Sequence record: PQ287642.1 | DNA length: 64,000 nt | Direction: 5' to 3' (one strand) | In this document: positions 54,139 to 61,843 of the stretch, one piece after another | Layout: every line of letters begins with the position of its first letter | How positions within the stretch are numbered: the stretch's first letter is position 1 | Position numbers and translations under genes: made by a program | Notes under the pieces: generated by a model | What the model was told of the DNA's origin: nothing | What the model saw: only the letters and a program-made list of their open reading frames with translations | Databases searched by the model: none

Positions 54139-56307
54139 ATGAGTAGCATGTATTTTGGAGTTTACCGTGACGATGTCATGAGACTTGCAAGATCTGTAGT
54201 AATCAAGTTTTCTGAAATAGCTAATCAGATTAATGAACGCCTAAAAGAGGTCGGACATGAAGCTGATCCAGCAAGACCGGAGACTTGGAAATATTATCAG
54301 AACCTTGCTGGTGAGTATCATGAAACAGATGTCATGATGACAGTTCGTTCCGCGGATACTCTTGAAATCATCGATTTCACAAAAGAAAATCTGGCGCTTC
54401 ACCGCGCTACTGCGCGAGAGTATATTCCGGGTAGCGTTTTATACAATAGCCTTGTAAGACAGTTCCCAGAACAAGCAGGTTTGATTACTGGAATCTTATA
54501 TCCAATTGACATCCAAACGGCAATAGATTCAAATGATGGGGATATTTTGTACTTTGATCCGAAGTATGTAGAAGATAATGAATACTCTTTCTTCCATCAA
54601 CTTCAGTCGTGGGTTAATGTATTTATTACTCGCTGGTATAACCCGCAGTTTAATTTAACTGACGATCTATACCTTGCAAACTTCCTTGGTCATTTATATA
54701 CCCGTTTACCTATTGCTATTATGCTTATTCGTCTACGGAATGCAAAGACTAACGAAGCGCATAGTTATCACGTTACGGAATACCTCGCATCTCACCAAGG
54801 GTTGGATGAGTTTATTCCCTATCTTTCTCTTGAGCAACGTTTATGGTTATATCGTAACATTGCGTTTCTGGAACGCAATGCGGGTAAGAAGGAAATTTGG
54901 CAACGTCTTGTTAAGAATATTCTTACACCTCGTGGCATTCCGTTGATCAGTTTTACTATTGAACAAAACAGTTCTAAAATGCCTGAGCAGCATCGACCAA
55001 CCGTCGATATGATAAAACACGACGTTAACTTCCCTGTCGTACAAGAAGGCCAAGAAACGACATCTGTGGCAGATGTTCTTGAAAGGGAAGATGACCTTGC
55101 AAGAGAGAACCCTCTTGTTCGTTTCGATGCTGAGCAAGATATCACCGATAAGATGAGTTCCGATCAATACAGTTGGCTTAGAACTAAAGTTCTTGACTCT
55201 GAGGTGATTGACCGGTCTAATAGTTCTGTACGTTCATTAATGAGCGTATTGCTGAACGAATGGTTACATTTGGCCTCAAGTGATAAATATAGGGCTTATG
55301 TTCAAATACCTAATCCTAAGACTGGCGAATTCATGACCATGACGGTTAAAGATGCCTTCATTGTGATGATGTATACCTATGCCAAGGCTCGTGATATTCC
55401 AACCGATAACATCCCTAGTCTTGTAGCATATGAAGTACTAAGAGATAAGTTACCTACCTTTGGTGAACTTCGACCAGCTGTTGATAAACGTATTATCCCT
55501 GACCGTCTAATTACTGCTGTGCAAGACATGGTTACTCCAATGGGTAACTATATCTCCACTGAGCAGTTCTATCTGGACTGTGTCCGTTTACACAAAGAAT
55601 ATCTCCTGCAATGGGAAATGTATTCTTTCCAGGAGCATCCTGCTGGTCGTGCTTATTGTGAGCAACTTGTAAAGTTCCATTACATGCATCGGATGTGTAA
55701 ACTGGCTCCACCAAATACCAAGTTTGAAGATTATTTCCGTAGAGCATCTTTCGATATCCTCAATCTAAATAAGACTGAGGCAGAACAGATGTGTATGGAT
55801 TGCATCAATATTGCAACTGGCTCCAACTTGGTTCGTGTTATTACACTAGGTGAAGTGCAGCGTGAATTGCTACGGTTGATGGGTCGTCTATCCAGTTATC
55901 CTCTTCAATATCTTCGTAACGTTAGCTTTACCGATTTCCATATTCTTGGTATGGTAATGCCACGTGTGGGGGATATTACAGTAGATGCCGCTGGTAACTA
56001 TATCTGCAACGTCGCTGTTCAAAATGTCAAAGCATATAGAACGTCGGCAGGGCATACGTATCGTGTTGTTGATGATTCTACTTCTCCATTCGTCGACTAC
56101 GTTTATAGTCAACAGGATATGTTCTGGATTAATCCATTTGTAGAAGTGAGAGACCTTAGTTACGCTGACGCCCATTATTACATTCCAGTAAATGGTGTTA
56201 ACGTAAGTAATGTTGTTATCGAAACTAATAATTCGCCGAATACAACTGGCGACTTGGATCAATATCAGAATTCCACTGACCCTAACTGGCCGAAACTTAA
56301 GGAGTAA
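54139..56307 (+). CDS. Baseplate wedge-like structural protein (phiKZ gp128-like)
   Basis: PETWKYYQNLAGEYH, YLASH.GL...I.YL..EQRLWLYRNI..LERNAGK and KTKVLDSEV. Divergent from the portal. Confidence 0.72.
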   Translation: MSSMYFGVYRDDVMRLARSVVIKFSEIANQINERLKEVGHEADPARPETWKYYQNLAGEYHETDVMMTVRSADTLEIIDFTKENLALHRATAREYIPGSVLYNSLVRQFPEQAGLITGILYPIDIQTAIDSNDGDILYFDPKYVEDNEYSFFHQLQSWVNVFITRWYNPQFNLTDDLYLANFLGHLYTRLPIAIMLIRLRNAKTNEAHSYHVTEYLASHQGLDEFIPYLSLEQRLWLYRNIAFLERNAGKKEIWQRLVKNILTPRGIPLISFTIEQNSSKMPEQHRPTVDMIKHDVNFPVVQEGQETTSVADVLEREDDLARENPLVRFDAEQDITDKMSSDQYSWLRTKVLDSEVIDRSNSSVRSLMSVLLNEWLHLASSDKYRAYVQIPNPKTGEFMTMTVKDAFIVMMYTYAKARDIPTDNIPSLVAYEVLRDKLPTFGELRPAVDKRIIPDRLITAVQDMVTPMGNYISTEQFYLDCVRLHKEYLLQWEMYSFQEHPAGRAYCEQLVKFHYMHRMCKLAPPNTKFEDYFRRASFDILNLNKTEAEQMCMDCINIATGSNLVRVITLGEVQRELLRLMGRLSSYPLQYLRNVSFTDFHILGMVMPRVGDITVDAAGNYICNVAVQNVKAYRTSAGHTYRVVDDSTSPFVDYVYSQQDMFWINPFVEVRDLSYADAHYYIPVNGVNVSNVVIETNNSPNTTGDLDQYQNSTDPNWPKLKE

Positions 56308-56309
56308 TC

Positions 56310-57188
56310 ATGTACATTACGAGAGACTATTTACAGTCTACTCCTTGGACATCTATAATCGACATGATCAACGATGCTTGTTTTACCCAATTGTTTCCGG
56401 GTAGTACTAAGCTTGAACAGTTCGAATCACTGGGTGGTACCAAGACTCGTATTGTTATAAGTGTAAATCGCAGTAAGGCTTCCGGTAACTTACTACCGGA
56501 AGTCGGACTCGATACTTATACGTACGATCGATTAGATTTGACGACATTTTTTAGACAAACCCAAGTGCTTGATTTATCGAATGTGGATACTCCATATTCC
56601 AGTTTAAAGGTTGTCGAAAAATTATCCGAGTTAAATAACATTGTTTTTGATGTAGATGATTTCGAACATACCGAGTATAATGTATTCAACCAAGAATTCA
56701 TTCTCCATGCGAATAAAAAGTCTCTTCGTTTTGTAGGTTTTCTTCGGGTTCGTTTGATTAATACGCTACGAAAGGAATTATCTACTTTCAGTAAAGTTGA
56801 ATTCCCTGACGTAGGTAAACCTGACAATGTTAAAGCTAATGATCTTTCACTGATCAATGGTACTTATTACATCACTGGATATGACTTTAGTGAACATAGA
56901 GAGTATCTTCGTCATCTAACAAAGGCTGGTACCCATCCAGATCCTAAGAAGATGGCCGCTATTCTCGCTGAGGTGACGAATAAACCTTGGACAGCATCAA
57001 AGACACCAGCTTCTCACAACATCGCTTATACTGAAGAAATAGGGGTTCTAAAGTACAGGATCATTTATAATGGCATTGTACTACCTCGATTTAGTGGGCG
57101 TACTGATATACAAAATGTACTTGTTATCGAGTTACATAAAACTTTATGTCAGGATGTCGTTGGCGAAATTAGAATTCATTATAACTAA
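56310..57188 (+). CDS. Virion structural protein (gp127-like), YxRL-motif family
   Basis: TKTRIVI...TYTYDRLDL and RFVG. Coupled to the upstream gene. Confidence 0.65.
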   Translation: MYITRDYLQSTPWTSIIDMINDACFTQLFPGSTKLEQFESLGGTKTRIVISVNRSKASGNLLPEVGLDTYTYDRLDLTTFFRQTQVLDLSNVDTPYSSLKVVEKLSELNNIVFDVDDFEHTEYNVFNQEFILHANKKSLRFVGFLRVRLINTLRKELSTFSKVEFPDVGKPDNVKANDLSLINGTYYITGYDFSEHREYLRHLTKAGTHPDPKKMAAILAEVTNKPWTASKTPASHNIAYTEEIGVLKYRIIYNGIVLPRFSGRTDIQNVLVIELHKTLCQDVVGEIRIHYN

Positions 57189-57197
57189 GGAGTAGAG

Positions 57198-57626
57198 ATG
57201 CACGTTAAAAACATGAAATCTAAACTACTCCAACAGTTTAGTATTCAGAACAAGTTGGATCCAGCTATTCGTCCTGAGGATGTTATTTGGACTGGTATTG
57301 AAATATGGTTGCAGAACGGTAATAACTCAAGAGCTACTATTCAGGCTGTTGGGACGAGCAAGTATTTTAAAGGACAGAAACAAATATTCTTTAATCGATA
57401 TCGAATTGAAGAAGCTCTCAATGGGGTTGTTATTCCAGGGAAGAGAATTGATTATTCAACTATCCATGATGTTATTAAAGTACTCCGTGATAAAGTGACT
57501 GTACCCGTCGATACTGATGAATTCCTAGATGGTCCTCTAACTGGTAATACGGTTATTTTAAAACCCACTACTCGTTCTCTAGCCTACATTCCAACTTCAC
57601 AAGTTGAATTAAGTTTCGAGAAATAA
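57198..57626 (+). CDS. Virion structural protein (gp126-like), YxRL-motif family
   Basis: NSRATIQA..YFKGQKQIFFNRYRI and SLAY. RBS AAGGAG. Confidence 0.65.
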   Translation: MHVKNMKSKLLQQFSIQNKLDPAIRPEDVIWTGIEIWLQNGNNSRATIQAVGTSKYFKGQKQIFFNRYRIEEALNGVVIPGKRIDYSTIHDVIKVLRDKVTVPVDTDEFLDGPLTGNTVILKPTTRSLAYIPTSQVELSFEK

Positions 57627-57639
57627 AAAAAAAATAAAG

Positions 57640-57673
57640 CATATCGCCCTCTCCCGAAGGAGAGGGCTTTATG
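57640..57673. terminator. CATA-stem-loop-TATG element between convergent genes
   Basis: CATA-TC-GCCCTCTCC-CGAA-GGAGAGGGC-TT-TATG, with an A10 run at 57625-57634. Confidence 0.75.
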
Positions 57674-57680
57674 TTGTTAC

Positions 57681-57953
57681 TCATCGCCGTTCAATCGACC
57701 ATACTCTATCGATCTCTTTCATCTCGATCATTCGTAGAGTAGCCCCAAATACAACGACAATACACAACAGCATTGTAATTGAAGTAAGGGACACCTTAAT
57801 GAAATCACGTTTGCCAATCTTTTCAAATGGCACGTAGATGAGATACCTAAACCGATGATTTAGATAAAGAGCAAAGAAAGCAGCGAGAACAGCTATCAGG
57901 AACCACATGTGAAATTCCTGAGTCCACGTCAATACATAACCGAAGACAGACAT
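57681..57953 (-). CDS. Small two-TM membrane protein
   Basis: WFLIAVLAAFFALYL and ITMLLCIVVVFGATL hydrophobic helices. Abuts the upstream stop. Confidence 0.65.
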   Translation of the reverse strand: MSVFGYVLTWTQEFHMWFLIAVLAAFFALYLNHRFRYLIYVPFEKIGKRDFIKVSLTSITMLLCIVVVFGATLRMIEMKEIDRVWSIERR

Positions 57954-58658
57954 TTACACCAGCGCCACGAAAGTGCCATCTTTAAAGCCAACTTTACGTT
58001 TAGCTTCATCGTACCATACATCAACACCCATGCGAGCCAGGCCTTCTACGACATATTTATCATAGTTACCTTTACCACGCATGATGGACTTCAGTTGACG
58101 AGTCAGGATGGTGTGGTTAGTGGAAAGGAACATACCTGGTACGTCAAGGTCTTTAACACGGAGATTACGCGGTAGCAGCGACTCCATGGAAATGTTCAGA
58201 AGTTCCATGCGACGGAGATCTTCACGCAGAGCCCGAACATTATAAACCATGGCCAGTCTGATGTCACCACCTTTACGGAGATGTTCCTCGGTCAGATGTG
58301 GCAGAGTTGCGGTTGGATCAACAATCACTGCTCTTTCACCAAAACTTTTCACGACTGGATCGAGGTAAGGGTTATGTACAACATATTCCCCATTAACCCA
58401 ACGATACAAATCCAAAGTAGAAGTTACTTTGTAAGTTGCCTCAGGATCACCCCGCAAAGGAAGATCATCGACAGTAAGGACATCAATAGACATACTCTCT
58501 CCTTTGCCTTTAGGGAGTTCAGTTGGACTATAACTGCTAGCGTCCATTATGGTTTCAAAGAAATCCACATCATGTTCTACATCACGAATTGCCTTACCGA
58601 ACACTTCACGATGAGACGGAATGAACATGGATTTTACAGCGTTGAAAACCTGATTCAT
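57954..58658 (-). CDS. Hypothetical protein (probably early)
   Basis: 234-aa ORF with RBS AAAGGA, downstream of a TATATCAC early-promoter variant. Confidence 0.65.
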   Translation of the reverse strand: MNQVFNAVKSMFIPSHREVFGKAIRDVEHDVDFFETIMDASSYSPTELPKGKGESMSIDVLTVDDLPLRGDPEATYKVTSTLDLYRWVNGEYVVHNPYLDPVVKSFGERAVIVDPTATLPHLTEEHLRKGGDIRLAMVYNVRALREDLRRMELLNISMESLLPRNLRVKDLDVPGMFLSTNHTILTRQLKSIMRGKGNYDKYVVEGLARMGVDVWYDEAKRKVGFKDGTFVALV

Positions 58659-58688
58659 TTTGCAATTTCCTTTTGATAGAGTGTATTT

Positions 58689-58707
58689 ATATCACCTCTG
58701 TGATATA
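58689..58707 (-). promoter_or_regulatory. Early-promoter variant TATATCAC embedded in a 7-bp inverted repeat
   Basis: ATATCAC-CTCT-GTGATAT(A). GTGATATA reads TATATCAC on -, one mismatch from TATATTAC. Confidence 0.45.
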
Positions 58708-58711
58708 GGCG

Positions 58712-59251
58712 TTATTTATCTTTAAATACAGGATTATCGAAATCATCTTCATAGAGGATATCGATACCTACAATATCAACCACCTGCTCATTGTCATTCA
58801 GTTGATATCTAAACCCAACTGTAAGAGGAAGCAGATTATAAAGGGCATTCAGATCACGGGCCAAGGGACCTGCTGCGGTAATATCCAAAATCAATACAAG
58901 TGGTGTATTGATGGTGTTACTATATTGAATGGACCAACTATCAATAGTAGCACATACACGATTTGCATCTACTACTAGAGAACGAAGAATAATATTCTCA
59001 AGTGAAGATACTTTTACTTGGGGATGACCTAATTCGATTCCTGTCAACAGGAGTTCATTCTTCTTAACAAAAGAAGAATTCTCCCACAGGTGAAGTTGAC
59101 TCAAACCAAATGCATTTTCAACGATTGCTTCTACTCGTTCTTCACCGAGTACGGCAAGATCCCGGCGAATACCAGCGACCATACGTTGGCGCATTTCATC
59201 GAAGGAAACGGTTACCCGATATTTGGCATTCGGTAGTTTTTCGAATTTCAT
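58712..59251 (-). CDS. Degenerate prohead-protease paralogue (His kept, nucleophile Ser->Gly)
   Basis: GIELGHP, VDANRVCATI, AAGPL, VGFRY and VDIVGIDIL align in order with EFKHP, IDDNRVCAHI, PYGPF, CSVRS and EISTWDFV of 2080-2913. Confidence 0.7.
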   Translation of the reverse strand: MKFEKLPNAKYRVTVSFDEMRQRMVAGIRRDLAVLGEERVEAIVENAFGLSQLHLWENSSFVKKNELLLTGIELGHPQVKVSSLENIILRSLVVDANRVCATIDSWSIQYSNTINTPLVLILDITAAGPLARDLNALYNLLPLTVGFRYQLNDNEQVVDIVGIDILYEDDFDNPVFKDK

Positions 59252-59270
59252 TACTCTGCTCCTAGAGGGA

Positions 59271-59294
59271 CATATAGCCCCTCTAATGAGGGGC
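59271..59294 (-). terminator. Stem-loop with CATA arm
   Basis: CATA-TA-GCCCCTC-TAAT-GAGGGGC between the two protease paralogues. Confidence 0.6.
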
Positions 59295-59300
59295 TAGTTA

Positions 59301-59711
59301 TCAATCTGACAATATGTCGAATGTGATAATTTCTTTCAATACACCAACCGCATTCTTGAGACCGCGTACGCCAAGTCGCATTGGAATATCGTTCTTGATC
59401 ATCGCATGCATCCGATCATGATTGGGTCCGAATGGACGGATGTATACGTTGAAGCCAATGAGTTTAGCTTTCTCATGTACAGGGTCGATACCGAGTACTA
59501 AAGCTGCACCATTATTGCAGTTGATGGATGTTGCTCGTTTGTAGTCTGTTTCAATGTTACCTGTCATCTTAGGATGACCAAACTCACAAGCGATCACGCC
59601 GGAACGAATATCATTACTAAACTTACTGACTTCATAATTCACATGCATGTATTTTGGAAGTCGATCTAAAGCAATGAATTCTACGCCTACTCCATTTTCA
59701 AATGATAACAT
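59301..59711 (-). CDS. Second degenerate prohead-protease paralogue (His kept, Ser->Gly)
   Basis: SGVIACEFGHP, IRPFGP, LGVRG and KEIITFDIL align with KGVLFMEFKHP, VKPYGP, CSVRS and REISTWDFV of 2080-2913. Confidence 0.72.
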   Translation of the reverse strand: MLSFENGVGVEFIALDRLPKYMHVNYEVSKFSNDIRSGVIACEFGHPKMTGNIETDYKRATSINCNNGAALVLGIDPVHEKAKLIGFNVYIRPFGPNHDRMHAMIKNDIPMRLGVRGLKNAVGVLKEIITFDILSD

Positions 59712-59730
59712 CTCATTTTCCTATGAAAAG

Positions 59731-59755
59731 GTCCCTCCGAAGAGGGACACTTATG
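59731..59755 (-). terminator. UUCG stem-loop with TATG arm ending the nvRNAP operon
   Basis: GTCCCTC-CGAA-GAGGGAC-ACT-TATG, directly after the stop at 59757. Confidence 0.62.
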
Positions 59756-59756
59756 T

Positions 59757-61820
59757 TTACTTCAGGCGCTTCAACAGAACCGCTTTCTCGGTCAGACGTC
59801 CACGAATAACTTCCATGTAAACGCCATCAACGGTGATCAACCGCATACGGACATTAGCAAGGCCAGATGCCGTAGCACGAGTGATCATACCTTTCAGCAC
59901 TTCACGAACAGTCGGGTGAGTTCCCTCAGAAACAAGGACGGCTTTCTCGGTCAGAACGTTCAGAGTGGCCATCTGTTCAAGAGTCCAACCTACCTGGAAG
60001 TTAACGTACTGATCGGCAACACCACGGATATCATCAACCTCAGCCATCGTTACCGAACGAGCGATAATTTGAGCTGCGCACGCTTTGATGATTTGCAGTA
60101 CTTGCACACCTTTCTTGTTACTGATGTAATCCAGCAGATCACCGATGTCATGTGCGAAATCACTGGTGGTGATATTTTGGATCGACAGGCTATCTGCCAT
60201 GAAGTCATTGATGGAATCGGTCAGACGATCATTCAGGAAACGGAAATAACGGATGCTCAGTTGACCGCGATTTACCATTTCTTTCAGTTCGGTAGCAATC
60301 CCGATCAGATCGGTATAGTTACGCAGATTACTCAGCTGTTCGAAGGTTTCATCGCTAACATCCATGTGATAGATGCTCATCGATTTATATTCGTGTGCAG
60401 GCAGAGTGATCGACTGCGATTCTTCGTCGTCACCAATGTTCAGGAGTTCCCGAACAGCAGCACGTGCTTCAGATTCGTTTTCGAGATCGTTAGCACCCAT
60501 GAACATCTTATTATCAAGAATGATCGGACGCATTGCCGCCGCTTCACCGAGTTCATTATCCTTGACGAGGCTTTCTACTTCTTCAATACCCATTGCATCT
60601 CCACCGATAGTAGAGATGGGAGTGGTGGAAGCATATACCACACCGTTAGGACGATATTCACGACGACGCAGGTCATCATTCAGTTCGTGTTTCAGGTATT
60701 CCATTTGCGGGTTCCATTCAATGAATTTCTCTTTTACTACACCATCGGGGAACTTGACGAAGAAACGGCAATAGTGTTCCGGATCAACCAGAGGACTGTA
60801 CGGATCTTCATCACCAACGGTCCGTTCCCAATCAACCAGTTGTGCCGGTTTAATCAGAATTCCCCCAGGGTTATGAATCTCATCGTAAGGACGAGCGATG
60901 TTTACACGGAAACCAGTAGGTTGGTAATACATCGGATCGATCATCACCTGAGATACGTCGATCGGAACAGGGAGATCAGTATCTTCCACAACGGGTGTAT
61001 TTTGCACTTGCGGTTGTTGACTGTACATCGGTTGTTGCTCCTGTTGATGGGAGTAGCCACCGTAAATATCAGTACTGATCTCTTCCTTCGGCATCAGGGG
61101 AGCAGATGCAGCCGGAGTATCATCGTAATACGAACTGGTGGTGCTCGATACCGTGTTTGGCGATGCGCCATAAGTACCAGCGGGTTGAGAGAAAGTAGCT
61201 TGGGTGGTTGTTGCGAACTGTCCCATGTTACCTGGGTTAATGGGAGGCAAATTACCTGCCATCTGGATACCTTGCGGTTGACCCATCATTCCCATTTGCT
61301 GTTGTTGGGGACGATAGTTACCAGATTTGTACGCTTGAATCTCTTGGAGGATCTGCTGATACATGGCTTGAGCAGTTTGCAGACCTTGGAACATATGTTG
61401 CGGAACTGCACCCATTTGCACGAGAGCAGGATACGATGCAACGCATTGACCAAGGAACGCTTCATACATACGCTGTGCAGCTTTCGGCGGTGCATCCGTC
61501 TGACTGTAGTTCTTGCAGACACACAGGAACTCAACGAAATCCACCAGGTGCTGACACCATTGTTGGAAGATCTGGTTTTGGAACCAGTTCGACGACAGCA
61601 GGTTGTACGCGAAAATATGAAGGTTGCTTTTTCCAACCGACGATTGCGCAAGCCCACGGAACAGACCAATAGCCATGAGCACCAGCTGTTGGTTATTCAT
61701 CAGGTTCTGGCTGAGTTGGAGTTGAGGTACCCGGTCATTGCCATGAGGCAGATTACCATTAAAGGTACTCTGATCGACTTGTTGGCAGGATACCGGGAGT
61801 TGAGCTTGTTGGTTGTACAT
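59757..61820 (-). CDS. Large conserved protein co-transcribed with the nvRNAP subunit; Gln-rich low-complexity segment
   Basis: 687-aa ORF with RBS AGGAAA, 23 nt after the nvRNAP gene. Residues ~167-275 are Q/G/S/T/Y/M-rich. Confidence 0.75.
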   Translation of the reverse strand: MYNQQAQLPVSCQQVDQSTFNGNLPHGNDRVPQLQLSQNLMNNQQLVLMAIGLFRGLAQSSVGKSNLHIFAYNLLSSNWFQNQIFQQWCQHLVDFVEFLCVCKNYSQTDAPPKAAQRMYEAFLGQCVASYPALVQMGAVPQHMFQGLQTAQAMYQQILQEIQAYKSGNYRPQQQQMGMMGQPQGIQMAGNLPPINPGNMGQFATTTQATFSQPAGTYGASPNTVSSTTSSYYDDTPAASAPLMPKEEISTDIYGGYSHQQEQQPMYSQQPQVQNTPVVEDTDLPVPIDVSQVMIDPMYYQPTGFRVNIARPYDEIHNPGGILIKPAQLVDWERTVGDEDPYSPLVDPEHYCRFFVKFPDGVVKEKFIEWNPQMEYLKHELNDDLRRREYRPNGVVYASTTPISTIGGDAMGIEEVESLVKDNELGEAAAMRPIILDNKMFMGANDLENESEARAAVRELLNIGDDEESQSITLPAHEYKSMSIYHMDVSDETFEQLSNLRNYTDLIGIATELKEMVNRGQLSIRYFRFLNDRLTDSINDFMADSLSIQNITTSDFAHDIGDLLDYISNKKGVQVLQIIKACAAQIIARSVTMAEVDDIRGVADQYVNFQVGWTLEQMATLNVLTEKAVLVSEGTHPTVREVLKGMITRATASGLANVRMRLITVDGVYMEVIRGRLTEKAVLLKRLK

Positions 61821-61843
61821 CTGACTTTTCCTATTTGAGAAGT

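Noticed and set aside
59916-61838. 640-aa antisense ORF over the 687-aa gene
   Set aside because: Shadow ORF in the antisense register with no recognisable motif.
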